Assembly (NCBI GenBank): GCA_963842945.1
Contig: CAWJIM010000016.1
Location: forward strand, 1 to 64,000
Reading direction: 5' to 3'
Source of the DNA: an uncultured Gemmatimonadales bacterium
GTDB taxonomy: Bacteria > Gemmatimonadota > Gemmatimonadetes > Gemmatimonadales > GWC2-71-9
DNA length: 64,000 nucleotides
Shown here: in pieces, positions 52,845-62,549 of the stretch
Position numbering within the stretch: the stretch's first letter is position 1
How the letters are laid out: each line of letters opens with the position of its first letter
The notes under the pieces: model-generated
The model's database searches: none
Told to the model about the DNA's origin: nothing
What the model saw: the letters and a program-made list of their open reading frames with translations, nothing else
Program-made: the position numbers and the translations under genes

Positions 52845-53843
52845 TCACGCCAGCACCTTCCGGCAAGCCTGTACTCCGCTATCGCGCACCACACCATACT
52901 GGTTGATAAACTTCCACTCGTAACGATCCGCATACAGATCGAAACGTACAACACCCCACTCCACAAGGATATTCTCCGAATTGGGATGCCGCTGGATGAT
53001 GTCCCGCAGCCTCACTCCTCCGGTGCCAACTACAAACTGCCGGATACCAGCATTCGAAACCGTTCCATCCCGCAGCATCGGCCGCAGCCGCTCCCAACGG
53101 TGCGCATGACCACTGACGACAAACTCGCACCCACTCTCCTGAAGTGCTTGCCACATCGGACCTACGCGACCCTTCGAGGTCATATCCTTCTTATGATACT
53201 CACAGACGCTGGCGAACATCGGGTAATGCACCATCGCAAGGATGTGGTGTGTCGCTGCATACTTCGCCAGATCAGCCTTCAGCCATGCGAGTTGTTCAGT
53301 GAAGTCGGCCCCACCTTCATTGACGGTCATGCAAGTCAGCATGTAGACGCGCCAGTCGTTACCTAGCGTCTTTGCGTAATACCGTGGCGCTCCGGTGTAT
53401 GCGTAATACGCTGCTCCGCGAGGAAGGGCATACATCGTATCGTGATTGCCAATTCCGAAGATCGTTCGATCCTTGAATTGGCCCCACGACTGATGGTAAT
53501 ACTGCTGATACTCGATATCATGGCCGATGTGTGTCAGATCACCTATCGCGAATGCCCACGCACTCGGGTCTGCATCCAGCACTCGCTTCACCTGCGCTGC
53601 CGTCCTCCCTCTGGCCGCAAGATTCAGAACAGCGTGCTGATCCCCGGCTCCGATCAACGTGAACCGTCCTGCTACCGCCACATCGAATTGAGGATTGAAT
53701 ATCCGATCTACCGCACAGCCGAAATTGCTCAACAACAGCGGCGCAGCAGCAACCGTAGCAAGACTCTTGACCATATCGCGACGATTGAGGCTGTTGAGGT
53801 CGGATATTCTCAACTGCGCCTGGGCCCTCTTCTGGTTTAGCAC
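52845..53843 (-). CDS. Tat-exported lipoprotein metallophosphoesterase (calcineurin-like)
   Basis: AGGAGG 7 nt before GTG 53843; NRRDMVK twin-Arg and NFG-C lipobox; GDQH, GDLT, GNHD, GHAH. Confidence 0.85.
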   Translation of the reverse strand: MLNQKRAQAQLRISDLNSLNRRDMVKSLATVAAAPLLLSNFGCAVDRIFNPQFDVAVAGRFTLIGAGDQHAVLNLAARGRTAAQVKRVLDADPSAWAFAIGDLTHIGHDIEYQQYYHQSWGQFKDRTIFGIGNHDTMYALPRGAAYYAYTGAPRYYAKTLGNDWRVYMLTCMTVNEGGADFTEQLAWLKADLAKYAATHHILAMVHYPMFASVCEYHKKDMTSKGRVGPMWQALQESGCEFVVSGHAHRWERLRPMLRDGTVSNAGIRQFVVGTGGVRLRDIIQRHPNSENILVEWGVVRFDLYADRYEWKFINQYGVVRDSGVQACRKVLA

Positions 53844-53881
53844 AGGGCTGCCTCCTGTAAGGGTGTTCACGTTACGGAGAC

Positions 53882-54000
53882 AAGATGCCCGAGCCATCGT
53901 GAAGCCAGGATGAAGGACAGGCGAAGCTTTCCTGCAGGTGCCCAGGTGAAGACTCTTTCATGCCCGCTTCAGCCTCGGCTCAGCAGGTGTTTCCCAGATT
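53882..54000. promoter_or_regulatory. back-to-back regulon boxes for the phosphoesterase (-) and cheB (+)
   Basis: -: CTTCG-N6-CTTCA-N6-CTTCA-N12-CATCTT; +: TGAAG-N4-TTTCA-N6-CTTCA-N6-GCTCA-N12-CAGATT. Confidence 0.72.
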
Positions 54001-54006
54001 TGTACC

Positions 54007-54651
54007 ATGAAGCAGCCCATACGCCTGGTCACCATTGCCGCGTCCGCCGGAGGTATTCCCGCGCTCCGCGAGCTGCTGGCAGCACTACCGGCCGATTACC
54101 CGGCCAGCGTTGCCATTGTTCAGCACCGGACCGAGCACAAGCCGGACCTCCTGTCTGGGGTACTTGCCCGCCGCTCCAAGCTGCCCGTGAGCCAGGTGCA
54201 GCCGGGTGAGCCGATTCTACCAGGCCATGTCTACCTGGCACCCGCTCGCGAGCACCTGCTGATCCTGGCCGACGAAACCTTTGCCACTACCGACGGCAGG
54301 AAGATCCACCATCTGCACTCTTCGGCCGACCCCCTGTTCGAGACGGCGGCCCAGGTCTTCGGTTCCGCCATGATAGCTGTGGTGCTCACCGGGGGTGACT
54401 CTGACGCCACCGATGGGGTGCAGGCCGTCAAGTCAGCCGGCGGAACAGTAATCGTGCAAGACGAGGCAACATCCCAGTGTTTCTCGATGCCCGCCTCGGC
54501 AATCAGGACCGGGGCAGTCGACTACATCCTGCCGTTGGGCGACATCGGACCGCGCGGTAGTGCGCCTGACCCGGCGCAGCAGAAATCACCAGGATATAAC
54601 TGCCGGCGCAGTAGGAGGCATCAGATGACTGCAGCTTCGGCGCGACAGTGA
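54007..54651 (+). CDS. cheB: stand-alone CheB methylesterase domain protein (3' end probably frameshifted)
   Basis: ASAGG, VQH, VVLTG..SDATDG, VQDEATS...MP.SAI; no receiver domain. Confidence 0.85.
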   Translation: MKQPIRLVTIAASAGGIPALRELLAALPADYPASVAIVQHRTEHKPDLLSGVLARRSKLPVSQVQPGEPILPGHVYLAPAREHLLILADETFATTDGRKIHHLHSSADPLFETAAQVFGSAMIAVVLTGGDSDATDGVQAVKSAGGTVIVQDEATSQCFSMPASAIRTGAVDYILPLGDIGPRGSAPDPAQQKSPGYNCRRSRRHQMTAASARQ

Positions 54652-54687
54652 TTCGAGGCATCCATATTCCTGAAAGCGAGCGACTAA

Positions 54688-55245
54688 ATGAGCCAGATCC
54701 TGATCAGCTACGGAACCTCCTACGGCCACACCGAGAAGGTTGTCCGGCGAATGAGCCAGGTGCTGCAAAATCATGGCCATTCGGTGAGTACCTACCGGGC
54801 CGATCGGCTTCCTCCGGATATCCGAGTCGGCACCTACGATGCCTGCATAGTGGCCGGCTCGGTTATCAGCGGGAAGCATCAGCGTTACCTGCTGGACTTC
54901 GTGCGACAGCATGCCGGCGAGCTGAATGCCACCACCTCGGCCTTCATTTCGGTTTCCGGATCGGCCAGGGATGCGCCTGATCAGGCGTGCCGCTGCGCCG
55001 AGTCCTTTGTGCGCGACGCGGGCTGGCGCCCAACTTTCATCTACTGCGTCGCCGGTGCCATGGCATTTACCCGGTACAACTGGCTGCTTCGGTTGATCAT
55101 GAAATGGATCAGCCGGTCACATGGGGGACCTACTGATACCAGCCGGGACTACGACCTGACCGACTGGCCCGCGCTGGACCGGTTTACGGCCGAGCTGGCC
55201 GAGGCTGTGCCGGCGCGAGCGAAGTTCCAGACCTCACCTCCATGA
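54688..55245 (+). CDS. hemG: HemG-like flavodoxin (menaquinone-dependent protoporphyrinogen oxidase)
   Basis: YGTSYGHT, AFISVS, AGAMAFTRY, DTSRDYDLTDW. Confidence 0.8.
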   Translation: MSQILISYGTSYGHTEKVVRRMSQVLQNHGHSVSTYRADRLPPDIRVGTYDACIVAGSVISGKHQRYLLDFVRQHAGELNATTSAFISVSGSARDAPDQACRCAESFVRDAGWRPTFIYCVAGAMAFTRYNWLLRLIMKWISRSHGGPTDTSRDYDLTDWPALDRFTAELAEAVPARAKFQTSPP

Positions 55246-55440
55246 GGTGCACTGTGACCTTCGCCGACAGATCATCTGGCAAGGCCAGTGCCGACATGAT
55301 CCCGACCGTTGCCGGCCAGCAGACAGCCTGATCTCCTCGCCGACCCAGCTTGCTCGTCCGGCAGGAGAACTGCGCGCGCTAAGGAAGTGAAGGTCTACGA
55401 TGAACAGCCCATAGCGAAAACAGATAGGGGAGGAGAAAAG

Positions 55441-56079
55441 CTGGCAACCCTCCTGCTGGTGTGCGGCATCGTCTCTTCGCTGCTGTACGCCGCGATGCTG
55501 GCCGTTGTTCCGCTGCGGTGGGACGGGTACAGCTCTGCCGCTCAAACGGTCAGCGAGCTGTCCGCCATCGGCGCGCCGACCCGATCGCTCTGGGTGCCGC
55601 TCGGGATCCTGTGGACCCTGCTCTATGCCCTCTTCGGTTGGGGAGTCTGGCAGGCAGCGGGACGGAGCCGTTCTCTGCGGATTGCCGGAGCCGTCATCAT
55701 CGCGCATGGCGTGTTCGGAATCTTCTGGCCCCCGATGCACCTGCGCGGAACCCCGCCCTCGCTGACAGACACCCTGCACATCGTGTGGTCGATGGTGACC
55801 GTGCTGCTCATGGCGCTCGCGATTGGCTTCGCGGCTGCGGCGCTGGGCAAGCGATTCCGTCTGTATTCCATCCTGACGCTGCTGGTCTTCATCCCGTTCG
55901 GGATTCTGACCGGGATGGATGGCCCCCGGATCGCGGCCAATCTGCCCACACCGATGATCGGCGTCTGGGAGCGGATCAACATCGGGGTCTGGTTGCTCTG
56001 GGTCGTGGTGCTGGCCGTCGCCCTGCTGCGGCGATGCGCGCTCCGGGGATGCGACCGGCGTGCTCCGGTGAGGCCATAA
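55441..56079 (+). CDS. DUF998 membrane protein (start uncertain)
   Basis: GYSSAAQTVSELSAIGAP, DTLH, GVWERI. Confidence 0.8.
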   Translation: MATLLLVCGIVSSLLYAAMLAVVPLRWDGYSSAAQTVSELSAIGAPTRSLWVPLGILWTLLYALFGWGVWQAAGRSRSLRIAGAVIIAHGVFGIFWPPMHLRGTPPSLTDTLHIVWSMVTVLLMALAIGFAAAALGKRFRLYSILTLLVFIPFGILTGMDGPRIAANLPTPMIGVWERINIGVWLLWVVVLAVALLRRCALRGCDRRAPVRP

Positions 56080-57272
56080 CGCAGGTTCATGGGCTGGTCG
56101 CCCCGGGCTTCGAGGAGGTCCGCGCCGAGTTCGCGCGCAACTTCGCCGAGCGGGGGGAAATCGGCGCCGCCGTCGCAGCGTACTGGCGGGGCGAGAAGGT
56201 GGTGGACCTGTGGGGCGGCCGCCGCACGCCCGAGGGCGACGCGCCGTGGAACGAGGACACCATGGTCGTCGTCATGTCCAGCACCAAGGGCCTCTCGGCC
56301 ATGACCCTCGCGGTGGCGAACGCGCGCGGCTGGATCGATTACGACGCGCCGGTCGCCCGGTACTGGCCCGAGTTCGCCCAGAACGGCAAGGCCGGCGTCA
56401 CCGTGCGCCAGCTGCTCGGCCATGAGGCCGGACTGGTCGTGCTGGACGAGCCGCTGACACTCGAGCGGTTGAACGATCTCGATGACGTAGCGCGTCTGCT
56501 AGCCCGGCAGAAGCCGGCCTGGCCGCCGGGCACCCGGCACGGGTATCACACGATGACGATCGGCCTGTGCATGCAGGAGCTGATCCGCCGGGTCGATCCC
56601 AGGCATCGCACGCTGGGGCGGTTCTTTCAGGAGGAGATCGCGGCTCCGCTGGGACTCGACTTCTACATCGGCCTTCCTCATGAGATCCCCGATGAGCGCC
56701 TGGCCAAGGTGAAACCGCTCTCTCGCGGGCGCGGCCTGCTGGCGCTGCGCTACACCCCGCCGGCCGTGACGTTGAAGATGATCATGCCGGGATCGCTGCT
56801 CCGCCGATCCTTTTCTGGCTTGAGTGTCGACCCCACCGCCCGGGCCTACCTCGATGTCGAGGTGCCCGCCGGGAATGGCGTGGGTACCGCGCGCGCGATC
56901 GCCCGAGCCTACTCCGCCTTCGCCGAAGGGGGCGCCGAGCTGGGCATCACGCCGGAAACGTTCGCTCGCATCACCGAGCCACCGGTGGTCGCCCGGCCCA
57001 AGGACGAGGTCATCGGCCTCCCGAGCTACTTCTCGCTGGGCTTCCTGCGCCCCGGGCCCGAGGTGGCGTTCGGCTCCAGCCAGCGCGCTTTCGGCTCGCC
57101 CGGTGCCGGCGGCTCCTTCGGGTTTGCCGATCCCGACGCGCGCCTGGGCTACGCCTATGTAATGAACAAACTGGACTTCTATCTGGTGGACGACCCGCGG
57201 GAGAAGGCGCTGCGCGATGCGGTGTACCGGGCCATTGCGCGAATCACCATCCGCTCGGAGAGGAGGCGGTGA
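56049..57272 (+). CDS. serine hydrolase (family VIII esterase/beta-lactamase-like); start uncertain
   Basis: SSTK, LLGHEAG, HGYH, GAGGSFGFADP. Confidence 0.88.
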   Translation: MRPACSGEAITQVHGLVAPGFEEVRAEFARNFAERGEIGAAVAAYWRGEKVVDLWGGRRTPEGDAPWNEDTMVVVMSSTKGLSAMTLAVANARGWIDYDAPVARYWPEFAQNGKAGVTVRQLLGHEAGLVVLDEPLTLERLNDLDDVARLLARQKPAWPPGTRHGYHTMTIGLCMQELIRRVDPRHRTLGRFFQEEIAAPLGLDFYIGLPHEIPDERLAKVKPLSRGRGLLALRYTPPAVTLKMIMPGSLLRRSFSGLSVDPTARAYLDVEVPAGNGVGTARAIARAYSAFAEGGAELGITPETFARITEPPVVARPKDEVIGLPSYFSLGFLRPGPEVAFGSSQRAFGSPGAGGSFGFADPDARLGYAYVMNKLDFYLVDDPREKALRDAVYRAIARITIRSERRR

Positions 57273-57339
57273 GCGGACCCGTGGCCGGATGCGAGTGGCG
57301 GTTTCCAGCGCGCTGTAGTCAGGCGGTCTCGCTTCTTCA

Positions 57340-58234
57340 TCATGGCCACAACCACGCGGCGCCTCGAACTCCGCTCGAGTCTCCATGCACGTTCAAGAGG
57401 ATACGGGTGGCCACCCGGTCGGAGAAGACGTAGCGAGGCAGGAGGACGGTAACTGCGGAGGTGAGGTCGGGGAGATTGGACATCCCGCCGCCGAGGACGA
57501 TTGCATCCGGATCCAGGATATTGGTCATCGCGGCCAGTGATCGGGCGAGCCGGTCCTCATATCTCCTGAGCGCGCCGATCGCATGGGCGTCGCCCTCGGC
57601 CGCCGCGCTCACGATGTCGCGGACCGGTCCTGCGCCTGCCGCTCAGAAGCGTATAGTCTCGTTCGAAGCCGGGCCCGGAAAGAAACGTCTCCACGCATCC
57701 GGTCTTGCCGCAGTAGCACGCCGATGCGGTGGAACGCTCCTCGTCGGTCATCCAGGGGAGCGGGTTGTGTCCCCACTCGCCGGCGATCTGGTTCGGCCCC
57801 TCGTGAATTCGCTGCCGCAGCGCAATCCCGCCGCCTACCCCAGTGCCCAGGATCACGCCGAACACGGTATCGAAACCCCGGCCCGCGCCGTCGATCGCCT
57901 CCGATAGCGTGAAGCAGTTGGCATCGTTGGCTACGCGAACTGGCCGGGAGAGTCGGGCCTCCAGGTCGGCCAGCAGCGGTCGACCGTTGAGCCAGGTGGA
58001 GTTCGCGTTCTTGACCAGACCGGTGGCGTGGCTGACGACCCCCGGGATTCCGATGCCGACTGAGCCGGGACGCCCCGCCTCACGCTCGATGTCGGCGACG
58101 AGGTCCGTGATCGCATCGATCGCCCCGGCATAGCTGCGTGGCGAGGCGACTCGGCGTGGCACTGCCAGGAGCGTGTCCGCCTTGAGGCCGATCCCTTCGA
58201 TCTTGGTGCCGCCCAGATCGATGCCGATCTGCAT
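57340..58234 (-). CDS. ROK family sugar kinase (fructokinase Mak-like; frameshift ~57625)
   Basis: DLGGTK, NDANC, GTGVGGG, GEWGH, CYCGKTGCVE, GDSSGVRGAAWL. Confidence 0.9.
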
Positions 58235-58249
58235 CTGTGCCATCAACAA

Positions 58250-58303
58250 TGAAGGATTCTTCATGGGCGGTTCCTCCCCACGTCATTCCTCCTATCAGAC
58301 ATT
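58250..58303 (+). promoter_or_regulatory. regulon box upstream of the metzincin-Kelch gene, abutting the ROK start region
   Basis: TGAAG-gatt-CTTCA-N6-GTTCC-N6-CGTCA-N12-GACATT. Confidence 0.68.
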
Positions 58304-58408
58304 AACTGTACGAACACGCTGAGAGTGACCGGGTCATTCCTCCAGATGCGGACCGCATCAGTTCCTGCCCGGTGCTTTCGGCAGGCTTTTGCGAGAAGGG
58401 AGTGACTC

Positions 58409-60662
58409 ATGTATACAGGATCGCTCGTAACCGCCGCTGCCGTGGCGCTTGCTGTCCTCGGCTGCCAGAACGAGCCGACAGCTCCAAGGGCCGAGATGCT
58501 TCTCGCGCTGACCGGTCGGCTGCACGCCCACTCGAAGGCTGGTTCCATGTCATATGGGTTGACCCTGGGCCGGGGCACGGTCCGGCGAGCGTCCGATACC
58601 AGCTCGTTGACGCTCGGGGGCATGGTACCGAGCTGGAATTAAGTCCGGGGCTGGGCGCCCGATGGGGAGGGCCGCGCGGACTCGACCGGCGGAAGGTCCG
58701 GGTCGATGGAACTCCGTGGCCAGGGGCCGGTTTCGCGTCCACTCGATCGAGCCGGTCGCCGGGCCTGCCGGTGCTGGGCCGTCCGCAGTACAAATCGGCT
58801 CCCGTCCTTACGTCACCATCCTCTGCAAGTTCTCCGACATTGCGGCAGAGCCCCAGACGGTCGCGACGTATAGCCTGGACCACCGGCACCTCCTACCCCG
58901 GACTCGATCACTACTGGCGCGAGCTGTCGTACAACAAGATGAACGTCACCGGCAGCATCGTGGTTGGGTGGTACACGCTGCCGCACCCGATGTCCATTAC
59001 TACCCAGGACGCCGCCTGGGACCTGGTGAGCCTGACTGCGCGATTGCACCGCGCGCCGCGGATTCCGACGTGAACTTTCCCCAGTTCTAGGGCATCAACC
59101 TGCAGGTCAACGGCCCCGGTAGGATGGTGCCTTGGGGGCGGCTGGACGCTCACCGCGACGGCCAGACCAAGAACTACGGTATGACATGGCTGGAGCCATG
59201 GGACCACGCGGCCTTATACGCCCACGAGGACGGTCACACGCTCGGGCTGCTACACTCCTCCGGCCCATATGCCAGCCTTACGATTCGCGGTGGGACGTGA
59301 TGAGCTACTGGAGTACTGGGGACGGCCTCGACGAGCTATGGCGTCCCGCAGCACACCATCAGCTACCACAAGGACCTGCTCGGGTGGATCCCCGCAGCCC
59401 GGAAGCTCACCGTGGGGCCGAACACCAGCGGGACGATCACGCTGGAGCGCCTCGCTCTGCCCGGCCCGGGTAATTACCTGATGGCCCAGATCCCCATGGA
59501 CAACGCCCCGGGCCAGTTCTACACGGTGGAGGCCCGCCGGCGAGTAGGATACGACAACGGCTTCCCCCGGCAACGCAGTGGTGCTGCACCGGGTCGATCC
59601 ACCGAATGGCCCTGGATCGGTTATGACCGTTAGCTCAGGTGGTGGACGTCGACAACAATGGCGACCCGAACGATGACGGCGCGAGTGGACGCCGGGCGAG
59701 ACCTTCACCGATGCGGCCAACAAAATCACGGTCACGGTCAACGCGCAGACCGCCACCGGCTTCCGGGTCACGATCAAGCGCGGGACGCCCCGGCCTGGGT
59801 GAGCCGGGCTTCGATGTCGACCGCCCGCCGAGCCCTTGCCGTCGCGGTCGCTAACGGCAGCGTCTACGCCATCGGCGGAGCGAATGCCGCAGGGCACGGT
59901 GCTCCGGACGGTGCAGGCCTACAGTCCGAGCCACCAACGGATGGACCACCAGGGCCTCGATTCCGGCGGCTCGGCAGGGCGGCAATGGCGCCGTCACGAT
60001 CAATGGGACCGTGTACCTGCCCGGCGGCGAGGACGCGGCGGCGAGCGCTGACCCGGACGCTGTACGCCTACAATACGGCCACCAACGTATGGAGCACCCG
60101 CGCCCAGATGCCGGCATATGCCGCCTGCGGCGGATCGGCCGTGATCGCCGCGAGGGTCTACGTCTTCAGCGGCTGCACCCGCTCCAGCACCGGCGCCACG
60201 ATCAACGCGGGGGTGCTGCACCGGTACAACCCGACTACCAATACCTGGACCACGCTCAAGGCTGCTCCGGTCACGCACTTTCGGCCGGTGGTCGCGGCCA
60301 TCGGCGGCAAGCTCTACGTGGCGGGCGGAAACAACGCCGCGGGCACCGCCCTGCGCCGAGTGGATGTGTATGACCCGGCGACGAACACCTGGTCCACCGG
60401 AGCGGCCATCCCCACTGCTCGAGCGAACGCCGGGGCAGCCTTCATCGCAGGCAAGTGGTATGTCTTCGGTGGCAAGAAGGGGACGACCTATCTGAATACT
60501 CTCGAGGTCTACGATCCGGCCGCCAACGCCTGGACCAGCCGGCCCGCGATGCCCACGGCACGGGCGGCGTTGGGGGTCGGAGGTGTCAGCGGACTGATCT
60601 ACGCCGTCGGAGGCCGGAACGCGACCGCTGCACTCGCTACCAACGAGCGCTTCACGCCCTAG
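58409..60662 (+). CDS. lipoprotein: M6/InhA-like metzincin protease fused to a Kelch propeller (many frameshifts, TAG at 59088; possibly a pseudogene)
   Basis: VLG-C lipobox; ILCKFSD, DHYWRELSY, HEDGHTLGLLH (59223-59255), Met-turn WDVM, GWIP, EARRRVGYD; C-terminal Kelch repeats. Confidence 0.72.
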
Positions 60663-60685
60663 ACAGGAGATGGATCGCCATCTAG

Positions 60686-60718
60686 AACGCCTCCGGCCAC
60701 CGGAGGCGTTTTCTTTTT
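60686..60718 (+). terminator. rho-independent terminator
   Basis: aacgcctccgg-cca-ccggaggcgtt followed by ttcttttt. Confidence 0.9.
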
Positions 60719-60739
60719 GGCCGCTGTACGTTTCCGCCT

Positions 60740-62375
60740 ATGACCCTGCCGGCCAAGCGCGGCCTGGACCTGCTGCACGATCCTCGACTCAACAAGGGCA
60801 CCGCCTTTACGCGTGGAAGAGCGCGACGCGCTCGGTCTCCACGGACTGCTGCCCCCGCGGGTCTTCACCATCGAGCAGCAGCTCGAGCGGGTGATGGAGA
60901 ACTTCCGGGCCAAGCCATCCGATCTCGAGCGATACGTGTACCTGGTTGCTCTCCAGGACCGGAACGAGACTCTCTTCTATCGCGCACTGGTCGAGCACCT
61001 GACCGAGATGATGCCGATCGTCTACACCCCGACGGTGGGGGAGGCCTGTGCCCGGTTCGGGCACATCTTCCGGCGCCCCCGCGGACTCTACCTGTCGGCC
61101 GGCGACAGAGGAAAGATCGCCGAGGTGCTCCGCAACTGGCCTGAGCTGGAGGTGCGAGTCATTGTGATCACCGACGGCGAGCGCATCCTTGGCTTGGGAG
61201 ACCTGGGGACGTATGGGATGGGCATCCCCATCGGCAAGCTGGCGCTCTACAGCGCGTGCGGCGGGATCCCGCCCTCGCACTGTCTGCCGGTGATGCTAGA
61301 CGTGGGCACCGAAAACCCTGCGCTGCGTTGGGATCCACTCTACACCGGTCTGCTGCAGCCTCGGCTGCGGGGCCGGGAGTACGCTGACCTGGTGGATGAG
61401 TTCATGCTGGCGGTGCAGGAGGTGTTCCCGAAGGCGTTGGTGCAGTTCGAGGATTTCGCCACGGAAAATGCGGTTGGGCTGTTAGCCCGCTACCGCGACC
61501 GGATGTGCGCCTTCAACGATGATATTCAAGGCACCGCCGCAGTGACACTGGGTGCGCTCCTGGTGTCGGGCCGGATCACCGGCCGGCGACTCGAGGACGA
61601 GCGGCTGCTCTTCGTCGGCGCCGGGGCGGCGGCGCTCGGAATTGCCGATCTCATTGTCGCCGCGCTCCGCCGGGCGGGGATCGGCGAGCAAGCAGCCCGG
61701 GGCCGCATCTGGACTTTCGACTCCAATGGCCTCGTCGTTGCGGAGAGGACCGACCTCCCCGAGTGGAAGCAGCGCTACGCACATGACCATCCCCCGGTTG
61801 CCGGATTGGCTGATGCTGTTCGCGCGCTTCGGCCCACTGGATTGATCGGGGTTTCGGGGCAACCCCAGCTTTTCACCCGACGAGTGCTCGAGATCACAGC
61901 GGAGGTGACCCAGCGGCCGGTCATCTTTGCGCTCTCCAACCCGACTTCGCGGGCGGAGTGCACCGCCGAGCAGGCATATCGTTGGACCGGTGGCCGGGCG
62001 GTGTACTCCAGTGGGAGCCCATTCGATCCTGTGGAGCTCGATGGCCGCAGGTTCGAGCCATCGCAGACCAACAACGCTTACGTCTTTCCGGGGTTGGGGC
62101 TGGCTCTCACGGCGATGGCGGCGCGCCGGGTCACGGACGGGATGCTGCTGGCGGCCGCTGAAGCGCTGGCGAACCAGGTCGCCGAGGGGGCGCTCGCGCG
62201 TGGAGCAGTGCTCCCGCCGCTGGAGCGAATCCGCGAGGTCTCGCTCGATATCGCTGCCGCAGTGGCCCGGGTCATTACCGAGGAGGGCCACGCCGGGCGC
62301 GAGCTCCCGAATGATCTGGAGTCCTACCTTCTCGATCGCATGTATCAGCCGGTCTATCCCGAGTACCTGAGCTGA
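60740..62375 (+). CDS. maeA: NAD(P)-dependent malic enzyme, large SfcA/MaeA type (frameshift ~60812)
   Basis: NKGTAF, YTPTVG, TDGERILGLGDLG, QFEDF, FNDDIQGT, GAGAAALG, LSNPT. Confidence 0.92.
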
Positions 62376-62549
62376 ACCCTCTGCGGTGATCCCGCGCTGG
62401 TGCGGCTGCTCCGGGGCGCTGCCGAGTCGACAGTCGCGTGCTTTCCCCCTCTCGTGCGCGGGAAAAGGCGCAACGCGACGCGGTCTACGCGCGAATACGA
62501 AGCTCGCTAGCAGTCAAGACAGTCCTGCAGGGGGGAAAACTTGTCTGGA

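Noticed and set aside
47372..59090. Amber recoding suggested by in-frame TAGs in nosY and the metzincin gene
   Set aside because: Many ordinary genes here end at TAG (e.g. 672, 3841, 7504), and both genes also carry indels.
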